A DNA stretch of 22,620 nucleotides, taken from positions 1 to 22,620 of the forward strand of contig CAZDYP010000076.1 of the NCBI GenBank assembly GCA_964509505.1, given 5' to 3'. Both the position numbers and the translations under genes were made by a program. The notes beneath the pieces were generated by a model that did not search any database, was not told the DNA's origin, and saw nothing but the letters and a program-made list of their open reading frames with translations. Positions 8,281 to 17,104 of this stretch are shown here, in pieces. How positions within the stretch are numbered: position 1 is the first letter of the stretch; each line of letters begins with the position of its first letter. Source of the stretch: an uncultured Anaerolineae bacterium. Its GTDB lineage: Bacteria > Chloroflexota > Anaerolineae > JACRMK01.

Positions 8281-9540
8281 TCACGCTGCCAAATACCACA
8301 CCAGCTCTTTCGTATGCGCCAGCAAATCGCTGAGGCGAATGCTTTCGTCCGCGCCGTGCGCGTTGCTCTCTGCCATGCGCCCCATGCCGCAGCGCACGAA
8401 TTTGTCGGTGTTGCAAATGATGGCGATGTCGGCCATGTCGGTGCTGCCGCCGCCGCCTGCGCGAAAGAAATCATCATCCTTGTAGCCATGCGCCAACTTG
8501 TACGCCTCGCGCATCCGTTTCGCATAGACCGAATCGGCATCGTACTTCGCCGATGGATACACCTTCACCACTTGAACCTTTACCTCCAACGCCTTGCTCT
8601 GCTGTTGTCCGCGCTCGATGGCGTCCATCACCTCACCGATGACGCTCTCGTACGTCTCTTCGGGAATGAAGCGGCGATTCACGGTGACAGTGCATGACGA
8701 CGGCACGATGTTGCTTTTCACGCCCGCCTGAATGATGTCGAGGTTGAACATCGGGTTCATCATACGCGTGCGCGCTTGCGGATGGGGATCGCCCGGCACA
8801 GACGACTCGCGCTGCTCGACTTCGCGCTTCAACGTCATCAGCTCGTTCAAAATCGGAATCATCTCCTCCAAGGCATTGACCCCCGTGTAATTGCGTCCGC
8901 TATGGCACGACTTGCCAATGGTCGTAATGACGAAGTCCACATTACCCGCCGATGCGAGCGCTTCACGCGGTTCTTGTGTGCCTTCCATGCAGAGGATGTG
9001 CCCCTTCACGTAGCCTTGCTCTGCGAGATACTTCGCGCCGGGATAGACGCCAATCTCTTCGTCGGTGCATAGAATACAGTGAATGTCATAGCGCGGCTCG
9101 ATGTTCAGCTCGTGCATCACCTCCAGCGCAGTCAGCAGCGACGCAATCGTGCCTTTCATGTCTGCGGTGCCGCGCCCATAAATGCGCCCATTGTCCAGCT
9201 CCGCGCCGAAGGGGTCGTGCTTCCAACCTTCTTCGATGGGCACCACGTCCATGTGCGCGTAAATCGTGACGGCTTCAGGCTTGCCCATCACTTTCGATGT
9301 GACGAGGTTCACGCGCGGACCTTTGAGCGGCAACGGAATTTGCGCGACCTTTGCGGGCGGCACGGTCACACGCTCTGTCTTGAACCCAAGCGCTTGAAAT
9401 TGTGGTTCGAGATAGTCCACCAGCACGTCATAATTTTCACCGGGCGGGACGACGGTATTCACGCCAATCACGCGCCGCATGCGTTCCAATGTTTTGTCTT
9501 GCTTCGCTTCGATGAGCGCGAAGGCTTGTTGGATGTTCAT
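8281..9540 (-). CDS. M20-family metallopeptidase (ArgE/DapE/acetylornithine-deacetylase-like amidohydrolase)
   Basis: 'TIYAHMDVVP', 'GRGTADMKG' and 'CTDEEIG' are the M20 metal-binding and catalytic motifs. Start chosen at MNIQQAF with GGGAG upstream; the ORF-track frame extends to 9552. Confidence 0.85.
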   Translation of the reverse strand: MNIQQAFALIEAKQDKTLERMRRVIGVNTVVPPGENYDVLVDYLEPQFQALGFKTERVTVPPAKVAQIPLPLKGPRVNLVTSKVMGKPEAVTIYAHMDVVPIEEGWKHDPFGAELDNGRIYGRGTADMKGTIASLLTALEVMHELNIEPRYDIHCILCTDEEIGVYPGAKYLAEQGYVKGHILCMEGTQEPREALASAGNVDFVITTIGKSCHSGRNYTGVNALEEMIPILNELMTLKREVEQRESSVPGDPHPQARTRMMNPMFNLDIIQAGVKSNIVPSSCTVTVNRRFIPEETYESVIGEVMDAIERGQQQSKALEVKVQVVKVYPSAKYDADSVYAKRMREAYKLAHGYKDDDFFRAGGGGSTDMADIAIICNTDKFVRCGMGRMAESNAHGADESIRLSDLLAHTKELVWYLAA

Positions 9541-9614
9541 AGGTTCTCCCATTTAAACACAAACGCACGAAGGATGCACAAAAAGCGCAAACATATTACG
9601 TTCTCTTAGAGAGT

Positions 9615-9740
9615 GTCTTAAAAGGCGTTTCTTCACTATCACCCTGAGCGGAGCGAAGGGTCTCTGTAGCACAAACACCGAGATTCTTCGGCTTCGCTCC
9701 GCTCCGCCTCAGAATGACAAACGAGGCTTTTTAAGACATT
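9615..9740. repeat. ~125-bp nested imperfect palindrome in the M28-M20 intergenic region. Outer arms GTCTTAAAA…TTTTAAGAC, inner arms CTGAG(GCG)GAGCGGAGCGAAG…CTTCGCTCCGCTCAG. MITE-like or a large regulatory/terminator hairpin.
   Basis: Read directly. 13-bp perfect inner inverted repeat plus a 9-bp outer inverted repeat. 'CTTAG' occurs in direct orientation 5 nt outside each outer arm. Confidence 0.4.
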
Positions 9741-9798
9741 TTCTTAGTGTTCTTTGTATTTCTTTGAGCCTTTGTGTTGAATAAATTTTCCCCGCAAA

Positions 9799-11190
9799 TT
9801 AGAAGGGCCACTTATCCTGCGCCTTCAACGGTCGCTCCAAATCCTGCTCAATCAAAATCTGTTTGATTTCGTCGGGCTTACGCCGCGCGCCCAACGCGCC
9901 ATCATGATTGGCAAGCCGCGCCAGCATCCGCGCCACCGTCATCACCGCTGCTTTCAAATCCACTTCAGCCACTTTGTCGAGGGTGTCCGCTGCGGTGTGC
10001 CCGAAGCCGCGCCCCAACGCGGGATTCTCGACACGCGCCGACATGCAAATCGCAGGAATGCCGAGCATCATGAATGGGAAGTTATCCGATGCGGTCACGA
10101 CACGATCACGAATCGCCAATGGATAGCCGAACTCTTTGGCGTATTGTTTCAGCACCGCTTCCGTATCTTTGAAGCCACTCGACAAAAAGCCATGCGATGA
10201 GACGGGCCCACACGCGCCATCCAGATTGAGCATCAACGCGATGTGACCGAGTTTATCTTTGTTCAACTTCACGTATTCGCTCGATCCCAACACGCCGAGC
10301 TCTTCCGCATCAAATGCCATCAAGCGCATCGTGCGCTTGAATTGCCCTTTGAGCGACGCGAGGATGCGCGCGAGTTCCAACACGACGACCGTGCCTGTGC
10401 CATCGTCCATCGCGCCGAGTGCGATGTCGTGCGCGTCGTAATGCGCGCCCGCAATGATGGTCTCGTCGCTCTGCCCCTTGATGTCGCCAATGACATGGAA
10501 GCCTTGTCCTGGCTCCGACTGATTGCGAATCGTCAGCTCGACTTCTACTTTGCCACGTTTGCACAGCCGCGCTAAATCCCAGCCTTCTTCATACGCAATG
10601 CCAATAGCGGGAATCTCCGCGAGTCGCCCCGGACGCAGCGACCCCGTCTCCGCCAACAAACCCGGCTTGTGATTGACGTAGATGAAGCCGATTGCGCCGC
10701 CCATTACCGCGCGTCCATATTTTTCGCGGCGATGAATCGTGCGCCCATTTTCGGGATTCGCTGTCGTGACCATCGCAATGCGACCACTGAGCAATTTCCC
10801 ACTCTGCACGTCATCATAGCTCTTGACGTTACACGCCTTCGCAAAATCTTGCTCCGAGCCGATGCCGCAATCCACCACCTCCGCGCGCAGCTGCTCGGCA
10901 TTGGGTGAGTAGATGAGCGAGATAGCGGTACGCAGCGCCCGCACGCTCGGCGCAACGATTTTCAACCCGCACTCGCCGCGCGTCCATACCAGATAGTCGA
11001 AGGGTTCGGTGCGCGCGTCGCTCAAGCCATAGGTTTTGAATTTGTCGAGGATAAAATCGCGCGCGGCGCGGCTACTGGCGGAGCCAGCGAAACGCGAGCC
11101 AAAGTCGCACAGTCTTTCGAGGTTGGCATACGCTTCGGCGGAAGTCCACGCTTCGCCGATGAGATAGTGGTCAAGTTCTTTGAGATTCAA
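9799..11190 (-). CDS. M28-family aminopeptidase (Zn peptidase with PA-like insert)
   Basis: 'IAGAHYDAHDIALGAMDDGTGTVVVLELARIL' and 'MAFDAEELGVLGSSEYV' are M28 zinc ligands. TTG start with AGGAG 6 nt upstream. Confidence 0.85.
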   Translation of the reverse strand: MNLKELDHYLIGEAWTSAEAYANLERLCDFGSRFAGSASSRAARDFILDKFKTYGLSDARTEPFDYLVWTRGECGLKIVAPSVRALRTAISLIYSPNAEQLRAEVVDCGIGSEQDFAKACNVKSYDDVQSGKLLSGRIAMVTTANPENGRTIHRREKYGRAVMGGAIGFIYVNHKPGLLAETGSLRPGRLAEIPAIGIAYEEGWDLARLCKRGKVEVELTIRNQSEPGQGFHVIGDIKGQSDETIIAGAHYDAHDIALGAMDDGTGTVVVLELARILASLKGQFKRTMRLMAFDAEELGVLGSSEYVKLNKDKLGHIALMLNLDGACGPVSSHGFLSSGFKDTEAVLKQYAKEFGYPLAIRDRVVTASDNFPFMMLGIPAICMSARVENPALGRGFGHTAADTLDKVAEVDLKAAVMTVARMLARLANHDGALGARRKPDEIKQILIEQDLERPLKAQDKWPF

Positions 11191-11222
11191 GAGATGCTCC
11201 TATTAAGGATAATTCCTTCTTT

Positions 11223-12935
11223 CTACTTCAATGCTGTGCTCTGGGCTGCGGATGACTTCGGCAGCGCAATCCCCAAACTCTCCGCGAGCGCTAACGTCTT
11301 TGCCAAGAACGCCGACAGCGCATCGAACGCGCCATCACTGCCGCCCGTCTGCAACACTTTGAGCTCGTGTACTTCGGGCATGTGTGAGGCGAGCTCAGGC
11401 AAGCGCTCAATCAGACGACTTATCAGGTCGTGTTCATTCATTAAGTTGCGGATTTCCTGTTGTAGGCGTGTGAGTTCGATGTCTTTTTGTTGTACGGCGA
11501 GCCGTAGATTGTTTGCTGCCTCTTCCAATTCGAGCTGTGCCAAGCGTTCTTGTCGTGTGCGAGCAAGCGTTGCCCTTTGCATTTGTTCTTGCAATTGAGC
11601 GTCTTGCGTCTGCGCCAACAACTTGAACTCAGCCTCGCGCTGTTTCAGTATCGTCTCGCGCGCAAAACGCTGCTGTTCCGCTTGCAGTTTGCTTTCTGCG
11701 AGGCGCGTCTCTTCAGTCAGCACTTGCAATGCTTGTTCGACTTGCAACGTCTTTTGACGCGAGGCGGCTTCTGCATCCAGCCGCGCCTTCTCGATGGCGT
11801 CAGTCTGTGCGCGCCGCAGCGCATCGAGCTTGCGCTCTTGCTCGACGCGCGCCGCTTCCAACCTCAAACGTTGCTCCGATTCTTGTTTGGTGAGCGTCGT
11901 CTGTTCCGCCAAACGAGTCTTCTGTTGTTCAGCTTCCTGCTCCCGCGTGAAGCGCGTCTGCTCCTCAGTCAAGCGCAATTGCAACGCCTCGGTTTGCTTG
12001 CTTTGCTTGGTGCGCTCGATTTCGACCTGCGCTTCGGCGTCGCTCATTTCAGCGAGCTTCCGCGCGCTGAGCTCGCGCTGACGAATCTCGTCTTGCGCTT
12101 GTAAATAGCTGAGGCGCGCAGCTTTTTCTTGTTCATAGCGGAACGGCGCCTGCAGGTGTTCCCACAAACGTTGCGAGCTCACATACGCTTCTTTGAGTTG
12201 CACCGTGACGATTTGAATGCCCAAGCCTTCGCCAATCGCTTGGTTGCCACTACTGCGTCCTTGTGCCACCAATTTCAAGCGCTCCGTGAGCTCTTCGATG
12301 ATGGGGGCTTTGTCCGTCAAAATTTCTTCGATGCTCATAGTAGAAACTTTGTCTTTGATGGCGGCTTCGGCTTGCTCGCGCAGTTGCGCGTTGACGACGC
12401 CCAATGGGTCGCGTGGGTCCGAAAAGTCGAGCTTACGATATGCGATGGCGAAGTCGTGAATCTGCCATTGCACGTATGCGAGGATGTTGATACCTTGCTT
12501 CTCCTTGCTGATGCCGTTTGCCACGACGCCAATCGTCTGCATCGCTGCTGGCACGATGAGATAGGAGTCGGTGCGTGGATCGTAGCGAAACGAGACGCCC
12601 AGCCCAATCGTCACGGGCGCTTTCTTGCCTGCCCGGGTATGCACGACATAGACATTCGGCGGCACGATGATCCACTTGAAGGGCCAGATGCCTGTCTCGC
12701 GCACGCGAATCGGCTCGCGTTCAAGTTGCAGCTCCTCGGAGGTTTTCAAACCGCTCGGTTGCACGGGCGGTTTCGGCGCGGAAGGGGCTGGCGGCATAGG
12801 CGCGCCTGATGCCCCCAGCGCTGGGGGCAACGGCGCCATTGCCGGCGCGGGGGTTGGGGGTTGCGCTGCTTCGGCTTGCTGCACGACATTCTGCTCTCTA
12901 AAGACGCTCGTCGCAGCGCGCTGTTTTTGTTGCAT
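11223..12935 (-). CDS. SPFH/Band-7 flotillin-like protein (FloT/YqiK family) with a Pro/Ala-rich low-complexity N-terminal extension and a long E/Q/R/A-rich coiled coil
   Basis: 'WIIVPPNVYVVHTRAGKKAPVT…IGVVANGISKEKQGINILAYVQWQI' is the SPFH core. It is followed by ~250 aa of heptad-like EA-rich repeats, as in flotillins. GAGGTGA SD upstream. Confidence 0.85.
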   Translation of the reverse strand: MQQKQRAATSVFREQNVVQQAEAAQPPTPAPAMAPLPPALGASGAPMPPAPSAPKPPVQPSGLKTSEELQLEREPIRVRETGIWPFKWIIVPPNVYVVHTRAGKKAPVTIGLGVSFRYDPRTDSYLIVPAAMQTIGVVANGISKEKQGINILAYVQWQIHDFAIAYRKLDFSDPRDPLGVVNAQLREQAEAAIKDKVSTMSIEEILTDKAPIIEELTERLKLVAQGRSSGNQAIGEGLGIQIVTVQLKEAYVSSQRLWEHLQAPFRYEQEKAARLSYLQAQDEIRQRELSARKLAEMSDAEAQVEIERTKQSKQTEALQLRLTEEQTRFTREQEAEQQKTRLAEQTTLTKQESEQRLRLEAARVEQERKLDALRRAQTDAIEKARLDAEAASRQKTLQVEQALQVLTEETRLAESKLQAEQQRFARETILKQREAEFKLLAQTQDAQLQEQMQRATLARTRQERLAQLELEEAANNLRLAVQQKDIELTRLQQEIRNLMNEHDLISRLIERLPELASHMPEVHELKVLQTGGSDGAFDALSAFLAKTLALAESLGIALPKSSAAQSTALK

Positions 12936-12969
12936 GGGGTCACCTCACGATGGGATTCAAAAGTCAGCA

Positions 12970-13005
12970 CGACGCATGACAAGTTGCACCATTGCGTCGT
13001 GCGCG
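12970..13005 (-). terminator. Perfect 10-bp-stem hairpin (GCACGACGCA-N16-TGCGTCGTGC) in the flotillin 5' leader, ~120 nt downstream of the upstream membrane-protein gene stop. Terminator or attenuator candidate.
   Basis: Read directly. On the minus strand it is followed by CUGACUUUUGAAUCC. Confidence 0.35.
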
Positions 13006-13125
13006 CATTATACCGCGCAATGGGCGCGAGTGATAACCCTTGAGACGTGAGGTAAAATTTATAACGAAGCCCATTTTCTGCCGAAGTCGCCGCGACGGAA
13101 AACGGGGTTTGCTCTAAACACGCTC

Positions 13126-13733
13126 TCACATTTTTGGGGAAGTGGGAAGCGTGGGGGAGGCGCTGTAAGGTTTGATGATTTGCGCAGGCGTCGCGCGCAG
13201 CATCGTGAACGCCTGCCATACGGCGATGCCCCAGAACAGCAACGTCAACGGGCTTGCCTTGAGGCCCTCGACGATTAACATCAGCATCACGTCCAATGGC
13301 AACAGCCATGGAATGTCAGTGACGCCGCGCCGCGCAAGCGACTCGACTGCGAAGTGACGCACGATGAGATATTCGCTGACCGCCATCGCCGCGATGGTTA
13401 TGCCGACGCTGATGAGTTGCAACAGCAAGCCACGCTTTTGCCCAGAGCCAAACATCACGCCCTGCGCGACGAGCCAGCCAACAGCGATGGCGATGATGCC
13501 CAACTCGAATCGCGAGATGACGACGATGGCATCCAGACAACAGAGGCAAGGACAGCCGCGCCCAAGCCCAGCAATACCGCGCCGATGACGTTGGGGTTAG
13601 CAGTTTCGGCTTGCAGCGCTCGCTCCATATTGGTCGCGCAGTTAGAGCAGAGCGGCACACTGCCTTTGTTGCCACGTAAAAAATACTCAGTGCCTTCGAG
13701 AATGGAAGTGCTGCATTGGGCGCATGCGGACAT
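13126..13733 (-). pseudogene. Zinc-ribbon (CxxC-x19-CxxC) plus multi-TM membrane protein gene, split by a frameshift into two overlapping ORFs (13455-13733 and 13126-13503). Authentic pseudogene or sequencing error.
   Basis: N-terminal ORF 'MSACAQCSTSILEGTEYFLRGNKGSVPLCSNCATN…NVIGAVLLGLGAAVLASVV' then degenerates. The -1 frame continues as hydrophobic '…LDAIVVISRFELGIIAIAVGWLVAQGVMFG…' to 13126. CAGGAGG SD before the 13733 ATG. Confidence 0.5.
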
Positions 13734-13752
13734 GGAAGCCTCCTGATGGCGA

Positions 13753-14238
13753 TTAGGCTATAAGGTTATCTCTCAGTTGCGTGAGGAAAGCGAGGAACTG
13801 GTCTATTTGTGTTGCGTACAACGCTTTGAGCGCGAGCGCTTTGTTCAAAGTCAATTGTAAGCGTATTGCCTCAAGTTTCACCAAATACGCATGGCGAAAC
13901 ATGTGCCGAAAGCGTCTCAGCTCATCGAGCGCGTTATAAGCCACTTCGTCAATGACCGCAGGGCGCAATGGCATCACGTCTAAGCGCATGCGTTCTAACA
14001 GTTGCGTGTGCCAACGTCCTGCATCATCCAATGAATTTTCAAAAGCCTTGGCGATATTGACGAAAATGTTTTCAAAGGCGTTGTACAAATTGTGCAGATA
14101 GTACGCGATGACAATGAGTGTATCGGTGCCGGCGTCAGGGGTTAAAGGATGGTGTTCAAGCTCATCGTAGATTTTAGCGATGGCGTTCAAGTCTTGGCGA
14201 ATGCTAGGAATCAAAATCAGCAGCTTATTGAGGTCCAT
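13753..14238 (-). CDS. HEPN-domain toxin (HepT-like), the second gene of a MntA/HepT-type pair
   Basis: The Rx4HxY HEPN motif is present in 'ELRRFRHMFRHAYLV'. 14-nt overlap with the upstream MNT gene. GGAG SD 9 nt before the ATG. Confidence 0.7.
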   Translation of the reverse strand: MDLNKLLILIPSIRQDLNAIAKIYDELEHHPLTPDAGTDTLIVIAYYLHNLYNAFENIFVNIAKAFENSLDDAGRWHTQLLERMRLDVMPLRPAVIDEVAYNALDELRRFRHMFRHAYLVKLEAIRLQLTLNKALALKALYATQIDQFLAFLTQLRDNLIA

Positions 14239-14632
14239 AGACTTGTTCTCCTTCGCGCAAGACCACCATCGTCAACGGTTCGACCAGTGGGCGCACGTCT
14301 ACCTCACGTTGCAAGCAACGCGTGAGCTCGCGCCAGAAGGCGCTTTCGCTGGCGGGTGAATCACACTCAACCGCAACGTCAATATCCGAATCAGGGCGAA
14401 AACAATTAGCTTGCGTCACCGAGCCAAACAAAAACACGCGGCGTATGTCCGTATAACGTGGCGCAATTTGCATGATGGTTTCGCGTGCGCGTTGCAACCA
14501 ACGCAAGCGTTCGGTTTCGCGCTCTTGACGGCGTTTAGCCTCACGCGCGCAGTAGTAGCGGCGAATGCGCTCAAAATCTTCGGGGGACACGCGCATCGGA
14601 GGATTGGTCGTTACTGTTTGGAGTGTGGACAT
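14225..14632 (-). CDS. Minimal nucleotidyltransferase (MNT/MntA-like) antitoxin
   Basis: 'LFGSVTQANCFRPDSDIDVAVE' matches the GS-x9-13-DxD polymerase-beta-like nucleotidyltransferase motif. Lies immediately upstream of and overlapping the HEPN gene. Confidence 0.75.
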   Translation of the reverse strand: MSTLQTVTTNPPMRVSPEDFERIRRYYCAREAKRRQERETERLRWLQRARETIMQIAPRYTDIRRVFLFGSVTQANCFRPDSDIDVAVECDSPASESAFWRELTRCLQREVDVRPLVEPLTMVVLREGEQVYGPQ

Positions 14633-14666
14633 CAGCAATCCCTAATCTCTAATCTCAAATTTCCAA

Positions 14667-15599
14667 TTACTCCACATGCCTTGGATCCAGCGCGTCGCGC
14701 AACCCATCGCCGATGTAGTTGATGGCGAGTACCGTGACGAAGATGGCGAGGCCAGGGAAGATAGCTGTCCAGGGCGCGTAGGTCATCTGCGCTTGCGCGT
14801 TCTTCAGCATGTTGCCCCACGTTGCCGCGGGCGGCTGCACGCCAAAGCCCAAGAAGCTCAACGTGGATTCGGTGATGATGGCTGCGCCGACGCGCAACGT
14901 CGCCGCGACGATGATAGGACTTGCGGCGTTGGGCAAGATGTGACGGAACATGATGCGAAAATTGCGGGTGCCTGACATGCGCGCGGCTTCGATAAATTCT
15001 TTCACCTTCAAACCGAGAAATTGCCCGCGCACTTGTCGCGCCACGCCCATCCACGACAGAATGCCGATGATGATGATGATGGGCAGCGGACCTCCGCTCA
15101 ACGTGGGGTTGTTGGTCGCGCGCAAGAGCTGGGCGAAGATGAGCAACAAGAACAGCGTCGGAATCGAAAGCATGAAGTCCGTCAGGCGCATCAGCACATT
15201 GTCAATTTTGCCGCCATAGTAGCCCGCGGTGGCGCCAACGAGGGTGCCAAGCACAATGGCAATCGCCATCGTGGAGACGCCAATCAACAGCGACACGCGC
15301 CCGCCATCCCAAATGCGAATGAACAAGTCGCGCCCGAGCTCGTCCGTGCCGAAGATATGCGCCGTCGTCGGCGGTTTGCGGATGAGCGAGACCTCGGTCT
15401 TGCCAGCGTCGTAGTTGGTGTACCACGGGATGAAAAGACACCCAATACAGATAACCGTAAGCGCGACCAGTCCGATGACGGCGGGTTTATGCTTGAGAAA
15501 GCGTCGCCACACCAGCTCGGTCAATGAGCGTTGTGGGCGCATGCGCGCTTCCCAATCTATGCTGCCTGCGGTGTTAAAGGTCAATTGTGCTTGTGCCAT
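14667..15599 (-). CDS. ABC transporter permease, OppC/DppC family (peptide/nickel type)
   Basis: 310 aa, six-TM pattern. 'LMRLTDFMLSIPTLFLLLIFAQ' is the EAA-loop region typical of DppC/OppC. Confidence 0.9.
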   Translation of the reverse strand: MAQAQLTFNTAGSIDWEARMRPQRSLTELVWRRFLKHKPAVIGLVALTVICIGCLFIPWYTNYDAGKTEVSLIRKPPTTAHIFGTDELGRDLFIRIWDGGRVSLLIGVSTMAIAIVLGTLVGATAGYYGGKIDNVLMRLTDFMLSIPTLFLLLIFAQLLRATNNPTLSGGPLPIIIIIGILSWMGVARQVRGQFLGLKVKEFIEAARMSGTRNFRIMFRHILPNAASPIIVAATLRVGAAIITESTLSFLGFGVQPPAATWGNMLKNAQAQMTYAPWTAIFPGLAIFVTVLAINYIGDGLRDALDPRHVE

Positions 15600-15749
15600 A
15601 CGCTTCGTCCCCCCAGAAAATTACAACGCTCATGTCCAGAAAAGGTGAAGTTCTGCGGAGGGTGCGCTCTCTAGCGCGCATGGAGCGACGTTAGAGAACG
15701 CCATCTCTTCGCCGCGCACGATTTCTGGCTATGAACGAATTACAAGGTC

Positions 15750-16124
15750 TCGGCTAGTTTTTCGGGATGCGCTTGCAGCCAACGCCGCAATGCTTCGAGG
15801 ATAAGTTTTACCTCAGAGAGTTGTCGCGCGCAAATCGTGTAGAGTTCGTCGTCGGTGGCTTCGTGGTAAAAATGCGCCAGCCGATTGCGATAGCCTGTCA
15901 GCTTGCTTAACCATGCCGCTTCCGCTTCCGCTGGCGAGAGTACGCCGTGTGCGCGCCGAGTTCATCCGCAATTTGCTTGTACGCTGTGGCTGCAATCGCA
16001 AAGCCTTTGGCGAGTATGCGCCGCCCCAAGTCACACAATGCCTCCGGAGCGCGCCGCAAAAATGAATCATGCGCATAAAGTCGCTCGTCGTGAATAGGGC
16101 CTCATTGGCGAGCGCTTGCGTCAT
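15750..16124 (-). pseudogene. DUF86/HepT-family HEPN gene remnant with two frameshifts, filling the oppB-oppC gap. No cognate MNT gene nearby.
   Basis: Three successive minus-strand frames give 'MTQALANEA…', then '…LGRRILAKGFAIAATAYKQIADELGAHTAY', then 'LSPAEAEAAWLSKLTGYRNRLAHFYHEATDDELYTICARQLSEVKLILEALRRWLQAHPEKLAETL*'. The last frame contains the DUF86 R-N-x-L-x-H-x-Y motif. My frame-A translation matches the ORF-track protein exactly, so the shifts are in the sequence as given. Confidence 0.6.
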
Positions 16125-16125
16125 A

Positions 16126-17100
16126 TTAGTCGAACCGAATACGCGGATCCAAAAAGCCATACACGATGTCCGTCACCAATCCGCCAATGACGATCATGAT
16201 AGCGCTCAACATCAGCACGCCCATCATTACCGCGTAGTCGCCGCGTTCGATGCCTTGCGTGAAGAACAACCTGCCCATGCCAGGCCACTGAAAAATCGTT
16301 TCGGTGACGAGCGCGCCGTTGACGAGACCGGGCAATTCCAAGCCGACGAGTGTGACAAGCGGGATAATGGAGTTTTTGAAGGCGTGCTTCAAAATGACCG
16401 CGCGCTCGCGCAGCCCTTTGGCGTGCGCGGTGCGGATGTAGTCTTGGTGCAGTACGTCCAACATGCCCGCGCGCATGAAGCGGATGTGTTGCCCCAAGCC
16501 GAAGAAAATCAGCATCCCCGCGGGCAAAATCAAATGCGAGAGATAGTCGCTCAGCGAGGGCTCTGCGCCGATGGTTTTCATGCCGCCGCCGGGTAACAGG
16601 GGCCCGCCGCTCGCATTTTTCAGTGTGGCGTTGAAGATGATGATGAGGATGAGACCGAGCCAGAACGTGGGCATCGCCTGTCCCATGAACGCCAATGAGG
16701 TCATTGCATGATCGAACCACGAATACTGGCGAATGGCGGAGATCATGCCAATCGGAATGGAGAGGAGCAGCGTGCCGAGCAGCACCACAGACGCCAGGTA
16801 GAGCGTGTTGGGCAAGCGTTCCCTGATTTCGGTGGCGGCGGGGCGGCGCGAGACTTGCGAGATACCGAGGTCGCCGCGCATGATGCTGCCAAGCCACGTC
16901 AGGTAGCGCACATGAATTGGCGCGTCTAAGCCCAGCTCTTGCTTCAAGCGTTCCAAATCGGCGGGCGTGATGTCGGGGTTGTTTTCATAGGCAGCCAACG
17001 GCCCCCCCGGAATCAGGTTCATCAGAAAGAACACTGTGAAGCTGACGAGAATCAATAGTGGGATAGCTTGAATGATACGGCGAATGATATAGTTGGTCAT
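16126..17100 (-). CDS. ABC transporter permease, OppB/DppB family
   Basis: 324 aa. 'MTNYIIRRIIQAIPLLILVSFTVFFLMNLIPGGP' is the canonical OppB/DppB N-terminus. Confidence 0.9.
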   Translation of the reverse strand: MTNYIIRRIIQAIPLLILVSFTVFFLMNLIPGGPLAAYENNPDITPADLERLKQELGLDAPIHVRYLTWLGSIMRGDLGISQVSRRPAATEIRERLPNTLYLASVVLLGTLLLSIPIGMISAIRQYSWFDHAMTSLAFMGQAMPTFWLGLILIIIFNATLKNASGGPLLPGGGMKTIGAEPSLSDYLSHLILPAGMLIFFGLGQHIRFMRAGMLDVLHQDYIRTAHAKGLRERAVILKHAFKNSIIPLVTLVGLELPGLVNGALVTETIFQWPGMGRLFFTQGIERGDYAVMMGVLMLSAIMIVIGGLVTDIVYGFLDPRIRFD

Positions 17101-17104
17101 AGCG

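Noticed and set aside
12129-12809. 226-aa plus-strand ORF, and several other plus-strand ORFs inside the flotillin gene region
   Set aside because: They lie antisense within a confidently assigned SPFH/coiled-coil gene. The Arg/Leu-rich, low-complexity translations are typical of the opposite strand of an E/Q/A-rich coiled coil in GC-rich DNA.
15021-15527. 168-aa plus-strand ORF antisense to the oppC-like gene
   Set aside because: Antisense to a confidently assigned permease gene, with a highly charged, low-complexity product.
16121-16897. 258-aa minus-strand ORF overlapping the oppB-like gene in another frame
   Set aside because: Arg/His-rich nonsense translation. It is fully contained in the well-supported permease frame.
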